Origin: an uncultured Verrucomicrobiae bacterium
GTDB lineage: Bacteria; Verrucomicrobiota; Verrucomicrobiia; Chthoniobacterales; UBA10450
DNA: 64,000 bases
Direction: 5' to 3'
Assembly (NCBI GenBank): GCA_963815455.1
Contig: CAWFGO010000002.1
Location: forward strand, 96,001-160,000
A program made the position numbers and the translations under genes. A model generated the notes under the pieces. It worked only from the letters and a program-made list of their open reading frames with translations, was not told where the DNA came from and did not search any database. Shown piece by piece: positions 32,485 through 43,333 of the stretch. Each line of letters begins with the position of its first letter. Position 1 is the stretch's first letter.

Positions 32485-32625
32485 TCATTCTCTTCCAAAG
32501 GAAAAAAGCGGAACGCATTGCAAAAATCCGTAGTCTTTTTGTGAGGGCGATTGCGTTGTTGTGGCCGCCCCGCTCTGTCGGGGCGTTCCTCGACGATACA
32601 ACGCTGCGGTCGCCGCCGGACGCAG

Positions 32626-35349
32626 TTACAATCTCTTTGGCGCGAGATCAGCCATCGCTTTTTCGAAGCGGGGATCCCCTCGCAAAGAATCCCATGTCGG
32701 GTCAAAACGCAGCTCACCGTAAGGGGGACCGCCCGGTATTTTCGCGATGACTTCGAGTTGCTCAATCGCGAGATCGCGCTCGCCTGTCCAGGCGTAAACC
32801 AGCGCCAGATTGCGGACCATCCACAGGCCCCGCACAGAATCCGTGGCAATCGGCATAAGATCGACTGCCCTCCGCGCCTCCCCAATCGCGTCCTGCTTTC
32901 GGCCAAGTCCAGCGTCAATTCTCGCGACGCGTGCCAAGTAGCGGTAATTCCTGATTTCGTCGCCCCAGGCAACATCGAATTTTTCACGCACTCGCCTGAA
33001 CACCGCCTTCGCCTTCGATTGATCGCCGCGGAAGCGCGCAACCATCCCATCGGCCAACCTCTCGGAAGGCGAGCCGTGGAAAACCCCCCCGGCAAACTTC
33101 GCCGGAACAGCGGCAACCAGCCGGCTCGCTTCATCATAATCGCGCAGGTAGAGGGCGGTGGTGAATCGAGTATGCCATATTTCTTCAGTTGGACTAAAGT
33201 CCAGCGGTACTTTCGCCAGAAGAGCTCGGGCCGCGACTGGATCGCCCTGGTCCAATTTGATCTCAGCCAGCGCCATTTCGGACCAAGGGTCGGGTTTCGC
33301 CTGACTGGGAATCTCTTTCTGGATTAGGTGTTCCCATTCGTCGTAGCGACGCATCTCGCGATATAGAGAGCCGAGATGGTAGGTGACCTCTTCATTGCGC
33401 GGGTCAAGTTCGTTTGCTTTCAGAAAATTGGCGAGCGCATCATTCCAGCGGTTGCGGTGGCGATTCGTCTCGGCCGCAATCCGAAACGTTTCGGAGTCGT
33501 TAGGCAAAGTGCGCAGTGCAATCGTTAACTCTTCATAGGCATGGGCGAAATCATCCGCATAGTAATAGTAGCGGGCCAACTCGCGGTGAACTTCGCCCAG
33601 ATCCGGCCGTAATCGAAAGGCGGTATCGGCCGCTTTCTTGGCCAATTCCAGATGCGCGGGATCGAGATCGTCGGACAGGTCGCATTGCGTTTTTGCAAGG
33701 GCGCACCAGGCAAGGGCAAAATTCGGATCGCGTTGGGTGGCCTGTTCGAGCAGTTCCACCTGTCGGGCCATGCTTTCTGCCGCACCCTGCCAATCACTCC
33801 AAACATCGATCGCTCTGGCCGCGGTATAAAGTTCGTAAGCCTTTAGGTCTGCGGTGGGCCGCTCCGTGATCGCCGTTTTCTCCGCCGGCGATAGCTTGCT
33901 CTGAAGTTGATTGGCGATTTGCTGCGCGATCTCGCTTTGGATGGCAAAAACATCACTCACGTTCCGATCATAATGGTCGGCCCAGACATGGTAATCGGTG
34001 CGAGCATCAATTAACTGGATCGTAACGCGAATTCGATCACCGGCGCGTTGCACTGTGCCTTCGATTACATAAGAAACACCCAAAACTTTTGCGATCTCGC
34101 CCAGATTCCGTTCCGAAGCGCTCTTGTATTTCATCACGCTCGCGCGACTAATGACTTTGAGATCGGCGATCTTGGCGAGATCGAAAAGGATTTCGTCCTG
34201 CATGCCGCTGGCGAAATACGAATTCTCCTTGTCGTCACTTAGATTTTCGAATGGCAGAACGGCAATGCTTTTTTGCGACGTCTCTACCGTTGCTGCCGGC
34301 AAATGCAGCGAGCGCAACAAATACGACGTCAGGCCGAAGCCGACGGTGAGCAACGCCGCCGCAGCGGCAGCCACTTTCAGAAGCCGGCTTCGACGAGGCG
34401 CGGCGGCCAGCGCGCGCTGGCACCGCTGCAAAGCCTCCAGGAGTCCACGCGCCGACTGCGGCCGTTTGGCTGGATCGGCAGCGAGCATCAGCCGGAGAAG
34501 AGCAGTCACTGGCGCAGGGAGTTTTGTCGCGGTCACGAACTCTCCCGCAGGCGCAGAGCCGGAAAGCAGGTAGCAGAGAGTAGCGCCGAGCGAATAGATG
34601 TCTGAACGCGCATCCAATTTTGCGTCGCCACCTCGAAGCTGTTCGGGACTGGCGAAGCCCGGCGTGCCCGAAAAACTCATTCTTTCAAGTGCTGAGTCCG
34701 TGCCAGCAGCGACTGCTTTGGCCAACCCGAAATCGATCACCTTAACGACCGCTGGTTGGGTCGATCCGGCGTGTTCCGCGACCCGCATTAAATTGCTCGG
34801 CTTCAAATCTCGATGAATCAGGCCGTGCGCTTCTGCCGCAAGAAGAGCGCGTGCTACTTGAGCAACCAGATCCAGTGCAACTTTGACCGGCAGCGGCCCT
34901 TCACGTTGCACAAGGCACTCCAAGGTCTCGCCCTCGACAAGTTCCATTGCATAGAAACACTGCCCGGCGGCAGTTTCGCCGAAGTGAAAAACACTCGCCA
35001 CATTCGGATGTCGCAGTTGCGCAGCAGTACGCGCCTCGCGCCGGAAACATTCGCGTGCCGCCGCGTTTTCCGAATAACCCGCGCCAATAATCTTCAACGC
35101 GACGAAAGATTCGAGATTAAGATCGAGGGCGCGATAAGTGACGCCCATCGCACCGCGGCCAAGCTCGTTCAGGCCGGCGCCTTCTTCGCGTAAACAGATT
35201 TCGTAATGTTGAAAACGGCGGCTTTCGGCGTCGAGCGCACTCATGCCACCGACGAGAAGGCAATTCAGACAACCTAACTCCGCGATTTGCCCATCCAGCG
35301 GCGCGCCGCATTGCTCACACCGCAAAAGTTCCGTCTCGGCCACAGCCAT
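32626..35349 (-). CDS. Ser/Thr kinase with TolB-like and TPR domains
   Basis: GRGAMGVTY, HRDLKPSN, DFGLAK, SIAVLPFENL, TPRs, WDSLRGDPRF. Confidence 0.93.
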   Translation of the reverse strand: MAVAETELLRCEQCGAPLDGQIAELGCLNCLLVGGMSALDAESRRFQHYEICLREEGAGLNELGRGAMGVTYRALDLNLESFVALKIIGAGYSENAAARECFRREARTAAQLRHPNVASVFHFGETAAGQCFYAMELVEGETLECLVQREGPLPVKVALDLVAQVARALLAAEAHGLIHRDLKPSNLMRVAEHAGSTQPAVVKVIDFGLAKAVAAGTDSALERMSFSGTPGFASPEQLRGGDAKLDARSDIYSLGATLCYLLSGSAPAGEFVTATKLPAPVTALLRLMLAADPAKRPQSARGLLEALQRCQRALAAAPRRSRLLKVAAAAAALLTVGFGLTSYLLRSLHLPAATVETSQKSIAVLPFENLSDDKENSYFASGMQDEILFDLAKIADLKVISRASVMKYKSASERNLGEIAKVLGVSYVIEGTVQRAGDRIRVTIQLIDARTDYHVWADHYDRNVSDVFAIQSEIAQQIANQLQSKLSPAEKTAITERPTADLKAYELYTAARAIDVWSDWQGAAESMARQVELLEQATQRDPNFALAWCALAKTQCDLSDDLDPAHLELAKKAADTAFRLRPDLGEVHRELARYYYYADDFAHAYEELTIALRTLPNDSETFRIAAETNRHRNRWNDALANFLKANELDPRNEEVTYHLGSLYREMRRYDEWEHLIQKEIPSQAKPDPWSEMALAEIKLDQGDPVAARALLAKVPLDFSPTEEIWHTRFTTALYLRDYDEASRLVAAVPAKFAGGVFHGSPSERLADGMVARFRGDQSKAKAVFRRVREKFDVAWGDEIRNYRYLARVARIDAGLGRKQDAIGEARRAVDLMPIATDSVRGLWMVRNLALVYAWTGERDLAIEQLEVIAKIPGGPPYGELRFDPTWDSLRGDPRFEKAMADLAPKRL

Positions 35350-35366
35350 GGTGGTTGCGTTTGGGA

Positions 35367-36128
35367 TTAACAAGCGCCTTTCAGAATACCGCACAGATGA
35401 CGGAGCTCTTCGTCCACGTTATCATTTTGCGCTACGGTGCGGGCAACTTCCTCGCGCAAAATCTCGCGATAGCGCGCGCGCAAACGCGAGAGATGGCTGC
35501 GCAAAGTCTCGATTGGCATTTCGAGACGCTGCGCTACTTCCTCCTGCGTGGGCAAGCCGATACCACCGCTGAGGAACGGGCGAAGCTCGCGGAAGATTCG
35601 CTTTTTCGAAACGGATTCGGCGCTGAGACGCTGCAAGGCCCGGCTAACGAGCGCAGCCGCCCAGCGTCTTTCGTACTCCTGATCTTCATTCAGCACGGCG
35701 GCTGATTCGTTTGTCCACATTTTTTCTATTTCGCTGATCTCTTCATCGAGAACAACGAACTGACAGTCCCCGCCGCGCTTCAATGCGCGCTCACGATCCC
35801 ACACATCCGAGATGTAATGCTTAAGCGAAGCGAGCAGGAAGGTGCGGAATTTACCCTTCCTGCGATCGGTCTGAGCATAGCCTTTGTTCCTCAGAAAATT
35901 GACGAAGAACCCCTGCACCAGATCCTGCGCATCGTGAGAATTGTAACCGCGCCGGCGGACAAAGCTGTAAAGCGGCGGCCAATAGTCGCGGCAAAGCTGG
36001 GTCAGTGCTGCGTTTGCCTCCGTGCTCGCCTCGTCCTTCGCGCAGGCAGCGATTACGCTCCAGTGTGTTGTCGCAAAGGTGGCCACTCCGTCCTGGACCG
36101 TGCCTGGAACAGTTTTCACAACACGCAA
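35367..36128 (-). CDS. ECF sigma factor (kinase-associated FATTHWS type)
   Basis: FATTHWSV, YWPPLYSFVRR, AQDLVQGFF, KRGG, VDEELRHL; exact start uncertain. Confidence 0.9.
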   Translation of the reverse strand: MRVVKTVPGTVQDGVATFATTHWSVIAACAKDEASTEANAALTQLCRDYWPPLYSFVRRRGYNSHDAQDLVQGFFVNFLRNKGYAQTDRRKGKFRTFLLASLKHYISDVWDRERALKRGGDCQFVVLDEEISEIEKMWTNESAAVLNEDQEYERRWAAALVSRALQRLSAESVSKKRIFRELRPFLSGGIGLPTQEEVAQRLEMPIETLRSHLSRLRARYREILREEVARTVAQNDNVDEELRHLCGILKGAC

Positions 36129-36271
36129 GTCTAGTGAAAAGGGCGCAAAGCGACAAGCATGTGAGCCATTTTTTGCAATGCCGCACGGCTCTCTCCTTTG
36201 TACTAGATGTGATGCGAGGCATCAATTCCAGTGCCATGTACCCATCGCGGACTGGGCAAGAGTGAGGTCTT

Positions 36272-39200
36272 ATGACGAATCTGGAGGAGTGGCTCAAGGA
36301 ACAAGGCCTTGAACAGCATACGAATCTCTTCGCCGACAACGATATCGATTTCGATATTCTTGCCGATCTTACCGAAAGCGACCTGGAGAAGCTAGGACTT
36401 TCGCTTGGCCATCGCCGGAAGCTCTTGAAAGCACTCGCGGCGGCGCAGCCTTCATCTGGTGAATCGCGGAGGGCGACCGAAGCATCCCCAGAAACAATAG
36501 CGACACAAGAAGCGGAGCGGCGGCAAGTAACTGTGTTATTCAGCGACTTGGTCGGATCAACCGCACTGGCCAACGCGCTGGATCCAGAGGACATGAGCGC
36601 ATTGATCCGGCGCTACCAGGACGCATGCGCCGGTGCGATCGCCCGCTTCGATGGCTTTATCGCTAAATTCATGGGCGACGGTGTCCTGGCCTATTTTGGT
36701 TATCCCCAGGCCCAGGAAAATGCGGCCGAACGTTCGGTTTATGCGGCACTGGCGATCATCGAGAGCCTAAGACAGTTGAAATGCCCCGACGGCCAACGGC
36801 TCGCGACTCGCATCGGAATTGCCACTGGCATCGTGGTGGTTGGCGACATCATTGGAAGCGGAGTCGCGCGCGAACATTCCATCGTCGGAGAAACACCTAA
36901 TCTTGCGGCGCGGCTCCAGACACTGGCCGAACCGAACTCCGTCGTCGTGAGCGAGAGCACTCATCATTTGCTTGGGAGACAATTTGACTACCAGAGCCTT
37001 GGCGAACGAGGGCTGAAGGGATTCGCTAATCCCGTCCAGGTCTGGCGGGTCTTGCGTGAGGCCGCAGTCGCCAGCCGGTTCGCGGCCGGCCGAGCTGCCC
37101 GCGCCGGGCCATTTATTGGCCGGATTCAGGAAATTGGACTCCTCCTCGACCGGTGGCAATTGGCAAAGAACGGAGAAGGCCAGGTGGTCTTGCTCTCGGG
37201 AGAAGCGGGCATGGGCAAATCGCGCATCATTGATGCCTTGTGTGAGCGCATCGGGGACGATTCCTACTACCATGTAATTTGTCAGTGCTCGCCCTATCAC
37301 ACGAATAGCGCGCTTTACCCCGTTATCCGCCAATTCGAACGGGCCGCCGGTTTAAAGTTAGAGGACTCTCCTGCGATCAGGCTCGAGAAGCTGGAAACAT
37401 TGCTCAGCGCGGCGGATAATCTCCCTGAGACGACCACCAGTATCTTCGCCGACCTTCTTTCGATACCTCTCGACGATCGTTACGCGCCACTCGATTTGTC
37501 GCCCGCCCAACGAAAGGTCGCAACAATCGCGGCGATCATGCATCAACTAACCCGGCTGGCCGAACAAAAACCCCTCTTGTTTGTTCTGGAAGATGTCCAC
37601 TGGATCGACCCAACCACGCAGGAGCTGATCACACGTCTCATCGATGGCATCGGCTCAACGAATATCCTGACCCTTATCACCGCGCGCCCCGAATTCTTGT
37701 CCCCGTGGACGGGCCGCGACCACGTCACATCGCTCGCCCTGAGTCGTCTTAGCAAGAAACAAAGCGCTGAACTTATTGCCGACGTGGCCGTGGCCCACGG
37801 ATTGGAGCCAGCTCTGGTCGAGGACATCGTGGCCAAGACCGATGGTGTGCCGCTCTATCTCGAAGAGCTGACCAAAGCTATTATTGAGTCTGCGACGCCC
37901 GAGCGGCCGGCAGTTCCCGCCACTCTGCAGGATTCGCTCATGGCCCGACTCGATCGCCTCGGACCAGCAAAGGAAATTGCCCAAATTGCAGCTGTGATTG
38001 GCCAGCAATTCTCCCATGCGCTCTTGGAGATGGTCAGCTCTGCCTCGGTCGCTGACGTTGCCAGCGGGATTGCACGCCTTGTTGACGCAGGGCTTGCCTT
38101 TCCACAGAGCCAGGCGAATGAACCCAGCTACAGCTTCAAGCATGTGTTGATGCGAGATGTGGCCTATGACAACTTGCTACGCGCACGCCGCCAGCAAATT
38201 CACGAATGTGTTGCGCGATCGCTGGAAGAACATTTCCCAGCTGTAGCTGAGAGTGAACCGGAATTGCTGGCGCACCATTTCAGTCAGGCCAATCTCCCGG
38301 ACTCCGCATGCGTCTACCGCGAACGAGCAGGTAATCGAGCCGCAGCTCACTCCAACTTTGCCGAAGCGGTTGCCCATTTCACTGCCGGGTTAAGCGAATC
38401 TGGCCGACTAGTTGAAGGGCCAGATCGATCACGGCGCGAACTTTCCTTTCTGCTCAAACTGGGTCCAGCGCTTTCGATCATAAAGGGCCAGCAGAGTCCG
38501 GAAGTAGAGCAAGTCTTCGAACGTGCGCATTCATTAGGAACGGCATTGCCGGACGAGGCCGGGCTCTTCAAGGCAATCTGGGGACTTTGGTTTTCCGCTC
38601 TGGTCGGTCGCAACCTTCGAAAGGCGCGAGACCGCGCCCAAGAACTTGTCGCCCTCGGTCACAAATCAACTGATCCAGACTTGTTGCTCGAGGCCTTTCA
38701 TTGCCGCTGGTCCACCGCGTTTTTCCGCGGAGACGTCGCGACCGCGCTCAAAGATAGTCGCGAGGGCATTGAACGGTACGATCCGGCCCGGCATAGTTGG
38801 ATGGGTGCCGTATTCGGTGGTCACGATCCAGGTGTTTGCGCCTATTGCGTCCACGCCAATCACCTTTGCCTTTCTGGCATCGTTGGACAGGCCAAGGGTC
38901 TTGTCGAGAAGGCGCTGTCGCTCGCTGAAAAATTGAAGCACCCTCACAGTCTGGGGCATGCGCTTCAGAATGCGACCACCGCGCAGCAGATCGTCGGTGA
39001 TCACGAAGCCGTCGATCAATCAGCGCAGCGCTTGATTGAACTTGCCGGCAAGTTTAATTTTCCCCCGCAACGCGCGCACGCTCTGGTCCTTTCGGGATGG
39101 GCACAGGCAATCGGGCACAATTCGGCTGCTGGCTTGGAATTGATCGAAGCTGAATTCCCACGAGCGTCAGCCATAGGACCACTGTTCCGCTATTATGCCC

Positions 39201-39583
39201 TACTTCTGGCGGAAGCTCGGTCGCAACTCGGAAGAATTTCAGACGCGCTTACCGTTCTGCGCTCGGCGCTCGACACGGTCACGGAGCCCGGGATTGGCTT
39301 CTGCGTGCCCGAACTCTATCGGCTGCAGGGTCTATGCCTCCTTCGCCTTGACTCACAGCGCAAAGAAGAAGCGCTGAATTCGCTGCAGATGGCGGTGGAC
39401 ATCGCAAAACAGCAAAAGGCACGACTTTTTGAACTCAAAGCTGCAATCAGCATGGCAGATGCGGCAGAGAAGATGGGCCAACCAGAAAGTGGCTTGCAAC
39501 CCTTGCGCGATCTATGTGCCAACCTTCCGGAGGAATTCGACGCGCCACAGCTCGCGGAAGCTAAACGACTTCTGTCGGCGTGA
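36272..39583 (+). CDS. SAM-adenylate/guanylate cyclase-ATPase-TPR protein
   Basis: SAM domain, FSDLVGST, FMGDG, NLAARLQ, Walker A GEAGMGKS, EDVHWID. Confidence 0.93.
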   Translation: MTNLEEWLKEQGLEQHTNLFADNDIDFDILADLTESDLEKLGLSLGHRRKLLKALAAAQPSSGESRRATEASPETIATQEAERRQVTVLFSDLVGSTALANALDPEDMSALIRRYQDACAGAIARFDGFIAKFMGDGVLAYFGYPQAQENAAERSVYAALAIIESLRQLKCPDGQRLATRIGIATGIVVVGDIIGSGVAREHSIVGETPNLAARLQTLAEPNSVVVSESTHHLLGRQFDYQSLGERGLKGFANPVQVWRVLREAAVASRFAAGRAARAGPFIGRIQEIGLLLDRWQLAKNGEGQVVLLSGEAGMGKSRIIDALCERIGDDSYYHVICQCSPYHTNSALYPVIRQFERAAGLKLEDSPAIRLEKLETLLSAADNLPETTTSIFADLLSIPLDDRYAPLDLSPAQRKVATIAAIMHQLTRLAEQKPLLFVLEDVHWIDPTTQELITRLIDGIGSTNILTLITARPEFLSPWTGRDHVTSLALSRLSKKQSAELIADVAVAHGLEPALVEDIVAKTDGVPLYLEELTKAIIESATPERPAVPATLQDSLMARLDRLGPAKEIAQIAAVIGQQFSHALLEMVSSASVADVASGIARLVDAGLAFPQSQANEPSYSFKHVLMRDVAYDNLLRARRQQIHECVARSLEEHFPAVAESEPELLAHHFSQANLPDSACVYRERAGNRAAAHSNFAEAVAHFTAGLSESGRLVEGPDRSRRELSFLLKLGPALSIIKGQQSPEVEQVFERAHSLGTALPDEAGLFKAIWGLWFSALVGRNLRKARDRAQELVALGHKSTDPDLLLEAFHCRWSTAFFRGDVATALKDSREGIERYDPARHSWMGAVFGGHDPGVCAYCVHANHLCLSGIVGQAKGLVEKALSLAEKLKHPHSLGHALQNATTAQQIVGDHEAVDQSAQRLIELAGKFNFPPQRAHALVLSGWAQAIGHNSAAGLELIEAEFPRASAIGPLFRYYALLLAEARSQLGRISDALTVLRSALDTVTEPGIGFCVPELYRLQGLCLLRLDSQRKEEALNSLQMAVDIAKQQKARLFELKAAISMADAAEKMGQPESGLQPLRDLCANLPEEFDAPQLAEAKRLLSA

Positions 39584-39610
39584 CGTTTGATCGCGCAGGC
39601 TAGCCGAGCC

Positions 39611-40648
39611 TTAAACTTTCTCCTCGTCGAGCTTCGCCTTTACGGCAGTCTCGATTTCCTCGTAAAGCGCCCGATCGTTTTTTATTGCTTCCTTGGCGGC
39701 ATCGCGGCCTTGGGCGAGCTGCGTGCCCTTATAGTTAAGCCAGGAACCACGCTTCTCGATGATCTGTTTCTCGATGGCAAGATCGAGAAGCGCGCCGGTT
39801 GAGGAAATGCCCTCGTTGTACATGATGTCGAACTCGGCCTCGGTGAACGGCGGCGCGACCTTGTTTTTCACGACCTTCACCCGGGTGCGATTGCCGGTCA
39901 CAACGCCATCGGTCTGTTTGATCGCGCCGATGCGGCGGATGTCGATCCGCACGCTGGCGTAAAATTTCAGCGCCTTGCCGCCGGGCGTCGTCTCAGGATT
40001 CCCGAACATCACGCCGATCTTTTCCCGGATCTGGTTCGTGAAAATGCAGCAGGTGCGCGCTTTGGAAATCAGTGAAGTCAATTTCCGCAACGCCGCGCTC
40101 ATTAATCGCGCTTGCGCCCCGACGGTCACATCGCCGATTTCGCCCTCCAGTTCCGCCTTTGTTACCAAAGCGGCGACTGAATCAAGCACGATTACATCCA
40201 GCGCATTGGAACGCACCAGCGTCTCGCAAATTCTGAGCGCTTCCTCGCCGCTGCTCGGCTGCGAAACAAGCAGATCATCGAGATTCACCCCCAGCTTCTT
40301 CGCGTAAGCCGGATCGAGGGCATGTTCGACATCGATGAACGCGGCGAGCCCACCGCGTTTTTGCGCCTGGGCAATGACGGTAAGTGTCAGAGTCGTCTTG
40401 CCGGATGATTCCGGTCCGTAAACTTCGACTACGCGGCCACGCGGAAAACCGCCAACTCCCAGAGCGCGATCGATCAAAATGTTTCCCGTGGGGATAACAT
40501 CGATATCGACAATTTTCTCGTCGCCCAGGCGCATGATCGCACCGTCGCCGTAGTCCTTGGCGATTTGTTGAATCGCCAGATCAAGATTCTTGTTTCGCGC
40601 CGCTGTCACTTTCTCGGCGCTGGTTTTTTCTTCAGTTTTCGTCGCCAT
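39611..40648 (-). CDS. recA: Recombinase RecA
   Basis: [42 protein letters not shown]. Confidence 0.98.
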   Translation of the reverse strand: MATKTEEKTSAEKVTAARNKNLDLAIQQIAKDYGDGAIMRLGDEKIVDIDVIPTGNILIDRALGVGGFPRGRVVEVYGPESSGKTTLTLTVIAQAQKRGGLAAFIDVEHALDPAYAKKLGVNLDDLLVSQPSSGEEALRICETLVRSNALDVIVLDSVAALVTKAELEGEIGDVTVGAQARLMSAALRKLTSLISKARTCCIFTNQIREKIGVMFGNPETTPGGKALKFYASVRIDIRRIGAIKQTDGVVTGNRTRVKVVKNKVAPPFTEAEFDIMYNEGISSTGALLDLAIEKQIIEKRGSWLNYKGTQLAQGRDAAKEAIKNDRALYEEIETAVKAKLDEEKV

Positions 40649-40694
40649 ATCGAGGTGCACTCTAAGTACGTCGGCGGCGACGGTTCGCCAAGCA

Positions 40695-40736
40695 AAAAGC
40701 GAAAGGCCGCCGATCTAGCGATCAGCGGCCTTCTTT
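40695..40736 (-). terminator. Intrinsic terminator after the Hsp20 pair
   Basis: aaggccgctgatc/gatcggcggcctt stem followed by a T-rich tract on the minus strand. Confidence 0.7.
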
Positions 40737-40756
40737 CCAGGGAAGAGACTCGCTCC

Positions 40757-41128
40757 TTACGAAACGGCGATCTTGCGGGGCTTGACGTGTTCGGCCTTCG
40801 GCAGAGTCAACGTGACCAATCCTTGATCGATTTTCGCGCTAATCCTGCCGGCGTCGATCGACGGGTCGATCTCGAATGTGCGCCGGAAGTTTTCCGGGCG
40901 CGATTCGTGATGAATTCGATCGCCTTCCACAGCCGGAAGCGAACGCCGTCCGATGATGGTCAACTCGTTGTTATCGATCGAAATCTCGAGCCCGTCCTTG
41001 TTCACCCCGGGCATCTCGACTTCGAGAGTGTAACCATCGCCGGCCTCAATTACGCTGGCAGGCGGCGCAATGAATTGCTCGACTTGCGCTCGCTCACCCT
41101 CACGATTTTCACGAACTAATGTGTTCAT
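40757..41128 (-). CDS. Hsp20/alpha-crystallin small heat-shock protein
   Basis: EMPGV, FRRTF, GLVTLTLPK. Confidence 0.92.
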   Translation of the reverse strand: MNTLVRENREGERAQVEQFIAPPASVIEAGDGYTLEVEMPGVNKDGLEISIDNNELTIIGRRSLPAVEGDRIHHESRPENFRRTFEIDPSIDAGRISAKIDQGLVTLTLPKAEHVKPRKIAVS

Positions 41129-41161
41129 AATTTATTTCCTTTCGCTTTCAAATTGATCTCT

Positions 41162-41623
41162 TTAGCTGACCTGAATCTGCTTTGGCTTTGCTTCCTCGGC
41201 CTTCGGCAACGTCACGGTCAGGATTCCATCCCGATAGGTCGCACTCACCTTGTTGGCGTCGACTCGCGTCGGCAATGCGATGCTACGTCGGAATACACCG
41301 ACGTAACGCTCGGTGCGCTCGGCTTTTTCGCCGTTGCTGCTCCCTGCCTTGCGTTCGCCGCTAATGGTCAGGGTGCCGTCGTGCAAAGAGATTTCGATGT
41401 CTTCCTTGCGCATCCCGGGAAGTTCGATGACTGCCACCAGGTTGTCTTTGTTCTGGTAGAGATCAAGCGCCGGCGACCAGCCGGTAAAAAGTTGTCCCGG
41501 ACGCGCGAATCCGGACCAGACGGGCGACTCGAACAACGAGTCGAGCTCATCCCGCAGGTCGTTCCATCTGCCAAAGGTGGACCACCTTGGCAACTCGGGA
41601 GTTCGGTAACGAATTAAACTCAT
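41162..41623 (-). CDS. Hsp20/alpha-crystallin small heat-shock protein
   Basis: PALDLY, ELPGM, ERYVGVFRRSIALP, DGILTVTLPK. Confidence 0.95.
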   Translation of the reverse strand: MSLIRYRTPELPRWSTFGRWNDLRDELDSLFESPVWSGFARPGQLFTGWSPALDLYQNKDNLVAVIELPGMRKEDIEISLHDGTLTISGERKAGSSNGEKAERTERYVGVFRRSIALPTRVDANKVSATYRDGILTVTLPKAEEAKPKQIQVS

Positions 41624-41669
41624 AATTTATAGGTTCCTTTCTTGGATAAAGTTTTCGCCATCTTGACAT

Positions 41670-41685
41670 AGCTCCGCTCGTGCCA
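41670..41685 (-). promoter_or_regulatory. Putative sigma-54 promoter for the hsp20 operon
   Basis: TGGCACGagcgGAGCT with GG-N10-GC spacing, 46 bp upstream of the start. Confidence 0.5.
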
Positions 41686-41911
41686 GCAGAAATCCGAGCG
41701 TCGTTGTTTCGTATAAGCTCCTCACGGAGTGATTGTTAGACCGTTCCAAACTACATCGCGAGATTTACAGTGTAGGTCCAATCTGTCCCGGAGATGCCAT
41801 TGCTGATCAATGGATGTGAGACAAAATCACACGCCTCTCGCGGCCAAAGGCCGTGAATCGCTTTCGCGAAACGGTTTGCCGACGTTCCCCTCGGCGGGTA
41901 AGCGTCTCCTC

Positions 41912-42955
41912 ATGCACCGAGCGAACACCGATGAGCGCTTTATGCGCGAAGCATTGCGTGAAGCAAGAAAGGGCCTGGGGCGGACAAGCCCCAATCCGGC
42001 GGTCGGCGCGGTACTGGTTTCGCGGAGCAAGATCATCGCACGAGGCCATCATCGCCGGGCAGGCGCGCCGCATGCGGAGGTTGAATGTCTCCAGCGCGTC
42101 GCCGGCGCCGTCCCAACAGGATCGACATTGTATGTGACGCTTGAACCTTGCTCCAGCGCAGGGCGGACCGGAGCTTGTATCGACCAAATCCTAAAGGCTG
42201 GAGTCGGGACGGTCGTCATCGGGACTATTGATGTGAATCCGCGTCATCAGGGGCGAGGGATTAAGCTTCTGGAGAATGCGGGCATCACGGTCCGCACAGG
42301 TGTCCTGGCCGCAAAATGCGCGACTCTTAACGAAGCGTTCAACAAATGGATCAGCACCGGCCTGCCTTTCGTCATTGCCAAATGCGGAATGAGCTTGGAC
42401 GGGCGTTTGACGCGGCCCCCTGCCGAATCCCGCTGGGTCACTGATTCAAGTGCGCGCCGTCATGCGCATGGCTTGCGCGCTTCCGTTGATGCCATTCTTG
42501 TCGGCGCGGAAACCGTTCGAATAGATAATCCACGATTGACTGCGCGTTACGTCCGCCATGCAAGGCAGCCGTGGCGGGTAATTCTTACTCGCTCCGGCAA
42601 ATTACCGAGGCGCCTGCGCCTCTTCTCCGATCGGCTGGCCGCCCGCACGGTTGTTTACAAGAGCGAATCACTCCAAGCGGTCCTCAATGATCTGGGTAAG
42701 AAAAATATTACCAGTGTGATGATTGAGGGTGGCGGTGACGTACTCGGTCAGGCGCTGGATGCGCGCCTGATCGACAAAGTTCAAATCTACATCGGCCCGA
42801 TGGTGACCGGAGGACCCGTGCTCGCGTTTCCGGGCGCCGGTGCCGGCACGCCCTCAGACGCGGCGAACCTGGATCGCGTTTCGTATCACCGACTCGGACA
42901 AACCATATTTGTTTCGGGTTATCCGATCGGGGCTGATACAATGTTGCGCGAATAA
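41912..42955 (+). CDS. ribD: Riboflavin biosynthesis deaminase/reductase RibD
   Basis: SPNPAVG, HAE, TLEPC, SLDG, IEGGG. Confidence 0.95.
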   Translation: MHRANTDERFMREALREARKGLGRTSPNPAVGAVLVSRSKIIARGHHRRAGAPHAEVECLQRVAGAVPTGSTLYVTLEPCSSAGRTGACIDQILKAGVGTVVIGTIDVNPRHQGRGIKLLENAGITVRTGVLAAKCATLNEAFNKWISTGLPFVIAKCGMSLDGRLTRPPAESRWVTDSSARRHAHGLRASVDAILVGAETVRIDNPRLTARYVRHARQPWRVILTRSGKLPRRLRLFSDRLAARTVVYKSESLQAVLNDLGKKNITSVMIEGGGDVLGQALDARLIDKVQIYIGPMVTGGPVLAFPGAGAGTPSDAANLDRVSYHRLGQTIFVSGYPIGADTMLRE

Positions 42956-43007
42956 TTTGCGAAACCTGCCGTCTAAAATAGTGTTTAACACACTAGGAGG
43001 GGAACAG

Positions 43008-43286
43008 ATGAAGAAGCTTCTTTTTATCGGGCTCATTGTGGCGGGATTTGCATTTGCTTCAGCCTCGCGTTCTGAGGCGGGAGTTTCGGTTGGGATCGGC
43101 ATAGGGCTCCCATTGGCATATCCGTATCCCTACTACGGCTATTATCCTTACGGCTGCTATCGCCCGTACGCCTATTATCCGAGGCCATATTACAGAACGT
43201 TCGCTGGCCCGAGATGGTACTGGCACCGCGGGCACCGCGGACACCGTGTCTATTACAGCCGGCCCCACCACTATCGCCGACGTTAG
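43008..43286 (+). CDS. Small secreted Tyr/Pro/Arg-rich protein
   Basis: AGGAGG RBS, signal peptide, GVSVGIGIG..YPYPYYGYY. Confidence 0.75.
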   Translation: MKKLLFIGLIVAGFAFASASRSEAGVSVGIGIGLPLAYPYPYYGYYPYGCYRPYAYYPRPYYRTFAGPRWYWHRGHRGHRVYYSRPHHYRRR

Positions 43287-43333
43287 ACTGATCTACCGAG
43301 GACGACCGAGGAACAAAGAGCGCGGCGAGGCCG

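Noticed and set aside
36272..39583. Cyclase-ATPase-TPR protein as a novel defence system
   Set aside because: A common architecture in soil bacteria, with no adjacent effector or defence context.
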